DNA from: a bacterium
GTDB taxonomy: Bacteria; Lernaellota; Lernaellaia; Lernaellales; Lernaellaceae
Assembly (NCBI GenBank): GCA_036725605.1
Contig: DAIMDW010000038.1
Span: 1 to 40,172, forward strand
Length of the DNA: 40,172 bases
Direction: 5' to 3'
In this document: one piece after another, positions 15,926 through 24,787 of the stretch
Numbering within the stretch: the first letter of the stretch is position 1
Layout: the number at the start of each line of letters is the position of its first letter
Translations under genes and position numbers: made by a program
The notes under the pieces: generated by a model
What the model was told of the DNA's origin: nothing
The model's input: the letters and a program-made list of their open reading frames with translations, nothing else
Database searches by the model: none

Positions 15926-17092
15926 TTACTTGTAAATCGGATCGAGTCCCAACTGTCGAGCGATGACCAGCTTCTGGATCTCCGAGGTGCCCTCGCCGAT
16001 TTCCAGCAGGCGCTGGTCGCGATAGAACCGCTCGACCGCATATTCCTTCATCAAGCCGTAGCCGCCGTGGATCTGCACCGCGTCGTATACGACGTCGCGC
16101 GCCACGGCCGAGCAATAGTACTTGGCCATCGCCGCCAGCTTGGTGAACGGTTGGCCATTTTCGCGCAACCAGGCCGCCTTGTACAGCAATAAACGCGCGG
16201 CTTCGATTTTGGTCGCCGCCTCGGCCAGCTTGAACGAATTTGCCTGGAAATTGCCGATCGGCCGGCCGAATTGTTCGCGTTCCTTGCTGTATTTCAAGGC
16301 CGCTTCGAAGGCGCCCTGCGCGCAGCCGAGGCCCATCGCGCCGATCGACAACCGGCCGTTGTCGAGGGTCATCATCATTTGTTTGAAGCCCTCGCCGCGC
16401 GACCCGAGCAGGTTCTCATAGGGGACGCGGCAATCCTCGAAGTACAGCTCGCCGGTGTTCGAGGCGCGCCACATCATTTTCTTTTTCATCGGCACGGCTT
16501 TGAAACCGGGCGTGCCGTTGGGCACGAGAATGCAACTGACTTCCTGCTTGCCGTCGCTACGCTTGCCCGTCATCGCCTGCACGATGCACACGCCGCTGAT
16601 TTCCGAAGCGCTGTTGGTGATGAAAATCTTCGATCCGTTGATCACCCACTGGTCGCCGTCGAGCACCGCGTTGGTTTTGCTGGCCTGGGAATCCGAACCC
16701 GCGTTGGGTTCGGTGAGGCCGAAGCTGGCCAGCATTTCGCCGGTCGCCAGTCTGGGCAGCCATTCGCGTTTTTGCTCCTCGTTGCCGAAATACATGATCG
16801 GCCCGATGCCCAACGATGCGCCGGCGGCGATCGTCGCGGCGTGGCTGCCGTCGACGCGGGCGACTTCCTCGACGGCGATCACGTAGGCCAAATATCCGAG
16901 ATTCGACCCGCCGTATTCTTCGGGCACGGTTGCGCCCAGCAGTCCCATGTCGCCCATCTTCCGCGTCATTTCGATGGAAAACTCTTCGTTTTCGTCGAGT
17001 TCTTCCGCCCGGGGGGCAATTTCGCTTTCCGCGAAATTGCGTACTTGCTCGCGTAGAATGCGATGCTCCGCCGGTAACTCAAAATTCAGCAT
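15926..17092 (-). CDS. Acyl-CoA dehydrogenase (short/medium-chain type)
   Basis: ACAD N/M/C domains (FGLTEPNAGSD, catalytic Glu in YEIGEGTSEIQ region). Confidence 0.9.
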   Translation of the reverse strand: MLNFELPAEHRILREQVRNFAESEIAPRAEELDENEEFSIEMTRKMGDMGLLGATVPEEYGGSNLGYLAYVIAVEEVARVDGSHAATIAAGASLGIGPIMYFGNEEQKREWLPRLATGEMLASFGLTEPNAGSDSQASKTNAVLDGDQWVINGSKIFITNSASEISGVCIVQAMTGKRSDGKQEVSCILVPNGTPGFKAVPMKKKMMWRASNTGELYFEDCRVPYENLLGSRGEGFKQMMMTLDNGRLSIGAMGLGCAQGAFEAALKYSKEREQFGRPIGNFQANSFKLAEAATKIEAARLLLYKAAWLRENGQPFTKLAAMAKYYCSAVARDVVYDAVQIHGGYGLMKEYAVERFYRDQRLLEIGEGTSEIQKLVIARQLGLDPIYK

Positions 17093-17204
17093 AGCAATCT
17101 CCAATCCGTCGATTTTTGGTCACTTGAGGTTGGTGGTGGCGCAAATTGTATTTCGCTTCCCATCGCCAGACAAGGGGCCAGGAGAGTTTCTTCATCGGGA
17201 ACGA

Positions 17205-18155
17205 TCATCGGGGGTCCATGGACAGTACGCGTTCGCACACGCGCGGGTACTCCTCAACGAAACGCCGCACCAGATCCAGCACCGGCGGACGGTCGTGCAC
17301 GAGACCGGCCACCTGCCCGCATTGCATCGAACCCCAGTCGACATCGTCGTCCAGCGTCGCCGCGCGCGCCCGGCCCGCACCGACAAAGGCGAGGATTTCC
17401 TCGGACGATTTGCCGGCGCGTTCCATCTCGCGAATGGCGGCGGTCAGTTCGTTGGCGATGCCGCGCACCGCGCCGAAGGCGCGCCCGGTGACCTCGGTGC
17501 CGGTTTCGTCGATGGTCAGCAGCCGCTGAATGTATTCCTCCGAACCGTCCGCTTCGGCGCTGGCGATAAAGCGCGTGCCGACCTGCACGGCGTCGGCGCC
17601 CAGGGCGAAGGCGGCGACCATGGCGCGCGCGTCGGCGATGCCGCCGGCGGCAATGACCGGAATGTCCACCGCGTCGGCGACCGCCGGCCACAGAACCATG
17701 CTGGCCACTTCGTCGGGCGACAGGTGCCCGCCGCCCTCGCAGCCTTCGGCGACCAGGGCGTCCACGCCGGCCGCCGCGCATTTGACGGCCAGTTTGGTCG
17801 AGGGAACGACGTGCACCACGACGCAGCCGTGTTCGTGCAGGTAGTCGGTGAATTTTTTCGGGCTGCCCGCGCTGGTGAAAAAGATACGCACTCCCTTTTC
17901 CACCGCCGTTTCGATCAGCTGCTGGGCGTGCGAATACAGCAGCGGGATGTTCACGCCGAACACGCCGTCGGTGGCGGCGCGCACCTGGTCGATGGCCTCG
18001 GCCAGTTGCTCGGGCGTATGACTGCCGCCGGCGAGCAGACCCAGGCAGCCGGTGTCGGCGATCGCCGCGCACAGGCGGGCGTTCGACCACCAAACCATAC
18101 CCGCGCCGATGATCGGATAGCGGATGCCCAACAGTTCACAAATGCGGTTTTTCAT
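17205..18155 (-). CDS. Nitronate monooxygenase / 2-nitropropane dioxygenase family (FabK-like FMN TIM-barrel)
   Basis: 316 aa from MKNRICELLGIRYPIIGAGM... The long upstream extension in the ORF track (to 19301) is antisense to the next gene and is not coding. Confidence 0.8.
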   Translation of the reverse strand: MKNRICELLGIRYPIIGAGMVWWSNARLCAAIADTGCLGLLAGGSHTPEQLAEAIDQVRAATDGVFGVNIPLLYSHAQQLIETAVEKGVRIFFTSAGSPKKFTDYLHEHGCVVVHVVPSTKLAVKCAAAGVDALVAEGCEGGGHLSPDEVASMVLWPAVADAVDIPVIAAGGIADARAMVAAFALGADAVQVGTRFIASAEADGSEEYIQRLLTIDETGTEVTGRAFGAVRGIANELTAAIREMERAGKSSEEILAFVGAGRARAATLDDDVDWGSMQCGQVAGLVHDRPPVLDLVRRFVEEYPRVCERVLSMDPR

Positions 18156-18329
18156 CGCCAGGTCGTCCTTTGTTGAAGGTCGGTTCCACTTAATAGCAGA
18201 GATCGCCCCGGGATGGCGAGCGTCCCCCGGGTGAAAATGGGGTTGCTTTACAAGCGCGCCAATCCGGTTTAAACAGGCAAAATATTGTGAAGTGCGACTC
18301 GCGCCAGCTTTGACAAAGGAGTCAACCGG

Positions 18330-19250
18330 ATGAATCGACGCGATTTTCTCAAAGCCTCCCTGGGCGCCGCGGGCCTGACGGCGCTGCCGCTGCAACTGAC
18401 CGGCTGCGCCGGAACGCAGATCGTCCGCGAAGGAACGCCGCCCATCGACCAACTGCTGGAAGAAGGCGCGCGGGTTATGTGGGTGGCCGCGCATCCCGAC
18501 GACGAGTCGATGGTCGGGCCGCTGTTGGTCAAAGCGGGCGTCAAGCTGGGCAATCCGCTGTTGATGCACGTGTTGACCCACGGCGACGGCGGCGAGTGCT
18601 GCCTGCCCGAAGGGTGTCATCCGGATTTGAAAACGGTGCGCGGCGAGGAAATGAAAAAGGTCGTCGCGTTGTATCACGCCGAGTTGGTGCATGACTATTA
18701 CTGGAACGCGCCGCTGCCGGTCGAAAAATTTCCGCCGCGTCATGAGATCGCGCGCAAGTGGGTTGCGGAAAACGGCGACCCTTCGATCAAGATCGCGCAG
18801 ACGATCCGCGACTTCCAGCCCGACATCCTGCTGACCTTCGCGCCGGTGCACGGCTTCACCGGGCATCCCGAACATCAGATCACTTCGCGTTTCGCCACCG
18901 CCGCCGTGCGCCTGGCCGCCGACGCCGACGCCGACGCGAAACTCGACAAACAGCCGCATCGCGTGGGCCACACCTACTTCGGGTTGAATTACTATTGGAT
19001 CACGCGGCTGATCGGCTCGTACGACACGATGGACGGCTATACCGAGCGGTTCGACATCCGTCAGAAATGCCGCAACGACATGACGCTGGCGGACATGGCC
19101 GGCGAATTCACCCGGCCGCACCGCACGCAGGACGCGGACATGAGCAGCGTGCGCAAGCTCTATAAAATGTTGCAGTACCTGTATCTGTACCAGACCGATC
19201 CCTGGAGCGAAATCTGGGATCCTTTCGAACCGGAAAAAGTCGAATCCTAA
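18330..19250 (+). CDS. PIG-L/LmbE-family deacetylase with a Tat signal (MNRRDFLKASLGAAGL) and a lipobox-like LTGC
   Basis: AHPDDE motif and His-rich metal site (HVLTHGDGGE, HPEH). Confidence 0.8.
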   Translation: MNRRDFLKASLGAAGLTALPLQLTGCAGTQIVREGTPPIDQLLEEGARVMWVAAHPDDESMVGPLLVKAGVKLGNPLLMHVLTHGDGGECCLPEGCHPDLKTVRGEEMKKVVALYHAELVHDYYWNAPLPVEKFPPRHEIARKWVAENGDPSIKIAQTIRDFQPDILLTFAPVHGFTGHPEHQITSRFATAAVRLAADADADAKLDKQPHRVGHTYFGLNYYWITRLIGSYDTMDGYTERFDIRQKCRNDMTLADMAGEFTRPHRTQDADMSSVRKLYKMLQYLYLYQTDPWSEIWDPFEPEKVES

Positions 19251-19328
19251 ACAAGTCGATTTCGGGAACCGCTTGCCGAGTCCGATACTATCCAGCTCCA
19301 CATCATGCGGCGGGTGGTTCCCTTTTTT

Positions 19329-20240
19329 TCAATCGCGCGGCGTGAAGATGTAAGGCACCTGCACCGACGCGGCGGACGGCAACGGTTGCGCCGTGCGCGT
19401 CTGGCGCAAGGCCTGCGCAACGCAGGAGCCGACGCCGGCATCGACGGTATTCTCCACGATCGACGCGCCGGTAACCGACCCGTCAGCGGCGAACAACACC
19501 TGCACGCTGATTTTCCCGGCCAACGATGGATTGAGCTTGAGCGCCCGCTCGTAACAGTGTTTCACCGCGCCCAGTCGATCGTGCAGCGCCTGGCGCATCA
19601 GGCGATTGGCGCCCGCATCGGTCGAGGTGAAGATCGGCCGCGCGCGCTTAATCTGTGCCTGCACCTGCCGGGTGGCGCGTTTGGCGATGTCCACCGTGCC
19701 GCTTTCGCCGAATTCGGTGAGATTCACCGCGATCGGCGCGCCGTTGCCGACATCGTCGGTCGAGCCGGGTTGATCGTACCGCCGCGCGATCCGAACGCCG
19801 GCATGGATGCTGGGCATTTTATCCGATAGAGCCGACAAGCCGCGAATATCGGCGCCGGTGTCGCTCTCCCTGACGATCAGGGCAAGCAACGCGGGGTTTT
19901 TCTGCAAGACGTGCAACAGGCCGTCTTGCGGTCCGCCCGGCCCGCCGTTGCCCGATCCCGCCGGCGCATTGCCGACCGAGGTCTTGCTCGTTTTCACCGG
20001 CTGCGGCGTCAGCGGTTCGTCGGGCGGAATCTCGTAGGCCACCGGCGGCGCCACGGGTATCTCCCACGTTTGCAGACGCAGCGGCGTCTGGGGAATCGGC
20101 AGCGATTGGATGTAGGTCATCAACGAGTAATGGAAGAGAAACGAGCAAACCGCGGCGATCAACAGGGAGCGATCAAAGCCGTCAAACCATTTCTTACGGG
20201 GAATCTCGCGAGACAATTCGGCCAAGGTGGGCGTGGACAT
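19329..20240 (-). CDS. TonB-like membrane protein with an AgmX/PglI-type C-terminal domain
   Basis: N-terminal TM, Pro-rich linker (LPIPQTPL...PVAPPVAYEIPPDEPLTPQP), and C-terminal ..RLGAVKHCYERALKLNPSLAGKISVQVLFAADGSV..SCVAQAL.. pattern. Confidence 0.5.
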   Translation of the reverse strand: MSTPTLAELSREIPRKKWFDGFDRSLLIAAVCSFLFHYSLMTYIQSLPIPQTPLRLQTWEIPVAPPVAYEIPPDEPLTPQPVKTSKTSVGNAPAGSGNGGPGGPQDGLLHVLQKNPALLALIVRESDTGADIRGLSALSDKMPSIHAGVRIARRYDQPGSTDDVGNGAPIAVNLTEFGESGTVDIAKRATRQVQAQIKRARPIFTSTDAGANRLMRQALHDRLGAVKHCYERALKLNPSLAGKISVQVLFAADGSVTGASIVENTVDAGVGSCVAQALRQTRTAQPLPSAASVQVPYIFTPRD

Positions 20241-20288
20241 GGACCTCTCCTTTCCGGCTCGGACAGTCGGGCGGTGTCGAGCGACGGA

Positions 20289-20984
20289 TCAGGATTCCAT
20301 CATCCGGAGAGCGCTAAGCACGGCCGCGGCAATCTCGCGTTCACGATTTTCAAGCCGCCCGGGCGAGGCAACGGGATTGTACGGCCATGTGCCGAACATC
20401 GGGCTGCGGGCCATGCGCTCGATCACCTCTTGGTTGGACAAGGCGTCGGGCGTTTCGGTTCCCACAAAATTATTTAAGATGATTCCCATCGGCCGGGCGC
20501 CGGAGGTCAGGCAGGCGCGTTCGGTCAACAAGGCGTGGTTGATGCATCCGAGACGGTTGCCGGCGACGATCAGCACCGGCAGGTCGGCGGCGACGACCAG
20601 GTCGAGATAGGTCATGTGTTCGGTAAACGGCACCAGAATGCCGCCCGCTCCTTCCACCAGGAGAATTTCGAAGGCTTTTTTCAGCGATTTGAGTTCGCCG
20701 TAGATTTTCGGGAAGTCGATGGTCACCCCTTCCCGCTCGGCCGCGACGGCCGGGGCCAAGGGATCGCGCAACCGATAGGGGCACACTTCCGCCAGCGTCT
20801 GACCGGATTTCGCCGCCGCCAGCAGCGCCAGAGCGTCAGCCGGTTTGTCGCTTTCGCAGCCGGTTTCCGCCGGCTTGAAAACACCCACTTTGACGCCCAT
20901 CGCATGCCAATGGGTGGCCAAACGGGAAGCGATATACGTTTTCCCCACGCCGGTATCGGTGCCGGTGACAAATAGTGCGTACAG
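20289..20984 (-). CDS. bioD: Dethiobiotin synthetase
   Basis: Strong BioD similarity. The P-loop FVTGTDTGVGKT lies upstream of the first in-frame ATG/GTG (20948). The only plausible start is CTG at 20984-20982, with GGGAG 6 nt upstream. Confidence 0.8.
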   Translation of the reverse strand: MYALFVTGTDTGVGKTYIASRLATHWHAMGVKVGVFKPAETGCESDKPADALALLAAAKSGQTLAEVCPYRLRDPLAPAVAAEREGVTIDFPKIYGELKSLKKAFEILLVEGAGGILVPFTEHMTYLDLVVAADLPVLIVAGNRLGCINHALLTERACLTSGARPMGIILNNFVGTETPDALSNQEVIERMARSPMFGTWPYNPVASPGRLENREREIAAAVLSALRMMES

Positions 20985-21050
20985 ATTAAACTCCCATGGC
21001 TTTGGTTAGTGTATCGTCATTTTCCGCATAGGGATAAACAAAATTTTTCA

Positions 21051-22793
21051 TTACTTATCAAACAGTTGTTCCAATATCGCCCGAATGCGCGCGGGATCGA
21101 TTTTCGGATTTCGCGCAAAATCGGTCAGGCCGTTGCGCTCCTGTTGCACGTCGAAAAGCTGGGTATAGCACAATCCCTGCAGATGCTTGTGTTCGGCAAT
21201 CAACGAGAGCACCTGCCGCACGCTTTCCTCCAACGTCATCCCCTTGCCGCCGTAGGGACCGAAGCCGTGCCCGCCGCATTCGCTGATGATCACCGGCTGG
21301 TTGCTGTAATGGCCGGTGGGCGCCAGCGGGCTTTTGTAAATTTTATTGGGCCTGACCATATACGCGTTGCGCCAGGCCTCGTATTTGATCTGCGCCGGAT
21401 CGCCCAACTGTCGGTAATAGGCGCGCACGCGCTCGGGATCGCCCAGGTAATGGTGAATGTCGAGGATGTCGGTGTCCAAGTGATCGTAGCCGGAATTGTC
21501 GATCACCGGCCGGGTGGGATCCAACTCGCGGCAAAGGCGGACCATGCCGCGCACCCACTGCCGCGTATTTTCGTTCCAGATGATATCGAGGATGCCCCAG
21601 GTTTCGTTGAACAGCACCCAGGAAACGACGCACGGATGCCCGCGATCACGCGCGACGGCCTCGCGCAGCATGCGCTCGAAGGCGATGCGGTCGACGCGCG
21701 AAAAAACGAACGGGCTGGGCATTTCATCCCACACGACCAGGCCGAGGCGATCGCACCAATACAGCAGGCGCGGATCGGCGAGCGTCTGGTGGATGCGCAG
21801 ACCGTTGAAACCGAAGGATTTGATCAGTTCCACATCGCGGCGGAACATGTCGGGATCGGTCGGTCCCGCCCACCCTTCGGGATAGTAGGCCTGATAGAGC
21901 ACCAGCTTCTGCCACAGCGGTTCGCCGTTGAGCAGCACCTTGCCGTCGCAGGCGACGATGGTGCGCAGGCCGGCATAGCCGGTCGCCTCGTCGACGATCC
22001 GCCGATTGCGTTTGATGCGATAGGTCACGCCGTACAGGTGCGGCGTTTGCGGGCTCCAGTGCGCCAAACGCCGGGGCGTCACGCGGACGATCATCGACGA
22101 CGCGTCGATCTTTTGCCGCACGACGGCGTCGGCTTTGCCGTCGGGATGCGTCAGGGCGATTTCCAACTCGCCGGCCGGTTCGCCGTCGAAGCGCACGTGA
22201 AATTCAAAAGCCTCGCCGGTCGCGACCGTCAGCGGATGCGCCTGCGCGAGGTGCGTCGCGCCGCATGCCTCCAGCCACACCGGCTGCCAGACGCCCGAAT
22301 AGGGTTGATAAAAAATGGTGTAGCGAAACGGCAAGTGCGTTTGTTTGCCGCGCGGCAACTTGCCTTCGCGCACTTCTTTGACGTGCAGGCAGATCGTATT
22401 TTCGCCGGGACGCACATGCGGATCGATGCGCCAGCGAATCGGCGTGTAGCCGCCTTCGTGCGAGCCGACGTGCTGCCCGTTGACGTATCCCTCGCAGATG
22501 TAATCGGCCGCGCCGATGTGCAGATAAATCGTTTTGCCCTGCCAATCGGCGGGAATCTCCACCCGGCGCAGATACCACAGGTGATCGGGCCCGATTTTCT
22601 TACCGACGCCGCTGGCGGGCGATTCCACGCAAAACGGCACTTCGATCGTGTCCGGCAGACGGTCGCGGGTCCACCAGGTTTCGGTCAGACCCTCGCCGCG
22701 CGGATCGTGAGCGAATTGCCAGCGACCGTTTAAATTCAGCCATAATTCACGTTGCAGTGGAGGATATGGATGATCGGATTCCAGTGACTTCAT
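21051..22793 (-). CDS. Glycoside hydrolase family 2 (beta-galactosidase/glucuronidase/mannosidase-like)
   Basis: GH2 sugar-binding, Ig-like and TIM-barrel blocks (acid/base NE in WVLFNETWG, nucleophile region ISECGG). Start taken at MKSLESD (the ORF track extends to 22892). Confidence 0.75.
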   Translation of the reverse strand: MKSLESDHPYPPLQRELWLNLNGRWQFAHDPRGEGLTETWWTRDRLPDTIEVPFCVESPASGVGKKIGPDHLWYLRRVEIPADWQGKTIYLHIGAADYICEGYVNGQHVGSHEGGYTPIRWRIDPHVRPGENTICLHVKEVREGKLPRGKQTHLPFRYTIFYQPYSGVWQPVWLEACGATHLAQAHPLTVATGEAFEFHVRFDGEPAGELEIALTHPDGKADAVVRQKIDASSMIVRVTPRRLAHWSPQTPHLYGVTYRIKRNRRIVDEATGYAGLRTIVACDGKVLLNGEPLWQKLVLYQAYYPEGWAGPTDPDMFRRDVELIKSFGFNGLRIHQTLADPRLLYWCDRLGLVVWDEMPSPFVFSRVDRIAFERMLREAVARDRGHPCVVSWVLFNETWGILDIIWNENTRQWVRGMVRLCRELDPTRPVIDNSGYDHLDTDILDIHHYLGDPERVRAYYRQLGDPAQIKYEAWRNAYMVRPNKIYKSPLAPTGHYSNQPVIISECGGHGFGPYGGKGMTLEESVRQVLSLIAEHKHLQGLCYTQLFDVQQERNGLTDFARNPKIDPARIRAILEQLFDK

Positions 22794-22889
22794 GCTTTCC
22801 CCCTCGTAGGCGAACCATCTTAGCAGAAACCGGTTGCGCGGCAAAAACCTTTTGTTTTTATAAACAATAATTATGTGCTGAATTTTCAG

Positions 22890-22909
22890 CACCGGTCGGA
22901 AAACCGGTG
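22890..22909. promoter_or_regulatory. Perfect 7-bp inverted repeat CACCGGT-N6-ACCGGTG in the divergent GH2/histidine-kinase promoter region
   Basis: Direct reading of the sequence. Lies 15-35 bp upstream of the kinase start. Confidence 0.35.
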
Positions 22910-22924
22910 TACAATACGCGCGAC

Positions 22925-24787
22925 ATGAGCCGCATTTTATTCGAACCGAAACGTCGACTGTTGGCGCGCACGACCTTGGCGTTCGCCCTCGTGCTGGCGC
23001 TTCAGGCCGGATTGTCCGCGTATTTGATCCTCAACGTGATGGAACGCACACTGCAATCGCGGCTGGACAATCAGTTGATCCGCGTCGGCTTCATCATCAC
23101 CGGCAACCAGCAATTGATGGACGCGCTGACGGTTTCGGCGAACAATCCGGAAGCGTTCAAGATCCTGGCGCGCATGAGCCATTCGCTGGGCGAAACGGTC
23201 AACCTGACGGGCATTCGACGCTCGTATCTGGCGCGCATCGAACACAAGCACTTCGTCTACCTCGGCGGCACCAGCACCACCGGCAAAGCGCTGCCCAATC
23301 CGAACATCACCACCCGCACGCAATGGGCCAACCTGCTGGAAGGCAAGGCGATCACCACGCCGCCCTTCCGCGCCGAAGACGGCAGCCTGGTCAAAGCGGC
23401 GTACATTCCGGTGATGAAAGGCCAGCGTCTGCTGGGCATTGTCGCGGTGGAGGACGACGCGACCGACCTGGAGGCGATGACGCTGCTCAAGCGCAAGTTG
23501 TACGTGGTGTCGATCGTCGGCTTTTTGTTCGTCGTGTTCGTTTCCTTCACCATCGCGCGCACGATCATCACGCCGGTGCGGCGGCTGGTCGACGCGGCCG
23601 AGGAACTGGGCGCGGGCAAATTCAACGCGCGTTTCAAGGTTACCGGCGCCGACGAGATCAACTTCCTGGGCCAGACCTTTAACGACATGGCCGAGGACAT
23701 TCAAGCGCGCGACAAGCAGATCCGTCAGATGAACGAGGCCGCGCTGGCCGACGCGCGCCAGCTTTACGAACACGTGTTGCGGGCGATGGAATCGGCGCTG
23801 CTTACCGTCGATCTGGACGGCAACCTGACCAGCGAAAATCCGGCGGTGCACCGCTTGCTCGGCGGACCGCATTTGATGCCCCGGCACATCGAGGAGCGTC
23901 TGGCGTTTTACGAGTCGCTGCTGGAAATCTGGCGGCGGCGCGATTCGCTGACCAACCGCGAGGTCGTGCTGCACACGCCGGCGGGCGAACGGTTCATCGA
24001 AGTCACGCTGCAGCCGCTGTCGGACCACCGCAACGAGCAAATCGGCTACAGCCTGTTGTTGACCGATCGCACCGAGGAAAAACGGCTGCAAAGCGAATTG
24101 GACATGCGCAAACGTTTGGCCGCGTTGGGCGAACTGGCCGCGGGCATCGCGCACGAAATCCGCAATCCGCTCAACGGCATCGAGCTGATGCTCGGCCTCG
24201 TGCAGGAGGACTTGCAACAGAAAGGCTTTGCCGACGACCGCTTCACCAGCATCCACGACGAGGTGGCGCGGCTGAACGTGGTCGTCAACGACTTCCTTCT
24301 GTTCGCCCGACCCAAGCCGCTGGAAAAGGAGCCGTTCCAGCTCGTCGAATTGATGGAAGACGCGCTGATGTTCACCCTGGGGCACCTCGAGGAAAAGAGC
24401 ATCGAGGTGGTGCGCGATTTCGCCGACGACCTGCCGCCGGCCCTGCTGGATCCGGCGGCGATGCGGCGCGCCTTCGTCAACCTGATTCAGAACGCCTGTC
24501 AGGCGATGGAACCCGGCGGGTGCCTGACGCTGGCGATCCATTTGGTTATCTCTCCGATCAATAAGTATTTTCTGGTGCGGATTATCGACAACGGCCCCGG
24601 CATTCCGTTGGAGGTGATCGACAAGATTTTCCACCCGTTCGTCACCAGCAAAGCCGACGGCACCGGCCTGGGTCTTTCCATCGTGCACAAGACGATAGTC
24701 AATCACAACGGTTCGATCCGGTGTTACAATCGCGAAGAGGGGGGAGCCTGCTTCGACATCGAAATACCTTACGTGGAGGGAATCTGA
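22925..24787 (+). CDS. Sensor histidine kinase (2 TM, HAMP, PAS, HisKA, HATPase_c)
   Basis: H-box LAAGIAHEIRNPLNGI. N/G boxes (NLIQNA, IIDNGPGI, GTGLGLSIV). Stop overlaps the regulator start (tgATG). Confidence 0.85.
   Translation: MSRILFEPKRRLLARTTLAFALVLALQAGLSAYLILNVMERTLQSRLDNQLIRVGFIITGNQQLMDALTVSANNPEAFKILARMSHSLGETVNLTGIRRSYLARIEHKHFVYLGGTSTTGKALPNPNITTRTQWANLLEGKAITTPPFRAEDGSLVKAAYIPVMKGQRLLGIVAVEDDATDLEAMTLLKRKLYVVSIVGFLFVVFVSFTIARTIITPVRRLVDAAEELGAGKFNARFKVTGADEINFLGQTFNDMAEDIQARDKQIRQMNEAALADARQLYEHVLRAMESALLTVDLDGNLTSENPAVHRLLGGPHLMPRHIEERLAFYESLLEIWRRRDSLTNREVVLHTPAGERFIEVTLQPLSDHRNEQIGYSLLLTDRTEEKRLQSELDMRKRLAALGELAAGIAHEIRNPLNGIELMLGLVQEDLQQKGFADDRFTSIHDEVARLNVVVNDFLLFARPKPLEKEPFQLVELMEDALMFTLGHLEEKSIEVVRDFADDLPPALLDPAAMRRAFVNLIQNACQAMEPGGCLTLAIHLVISPINKYFLVRIIDNGPGIPLEVIDKIFHPFVTSKADGTGLGLSIVHKTIVNHNGSIRCYNREEGGACFDIEIPYVEGI

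Noticed and set aside
18156-19301. N-terminal 380-aa extension of the nitronate monooxygenase ORF (ORF track 17205-19301)
   Set aside because: The extension is antisense to the well-supported PIG-L deacetylase gene and has junk composition. The enzyme begins at MKNRICELLGIRYP (18155).
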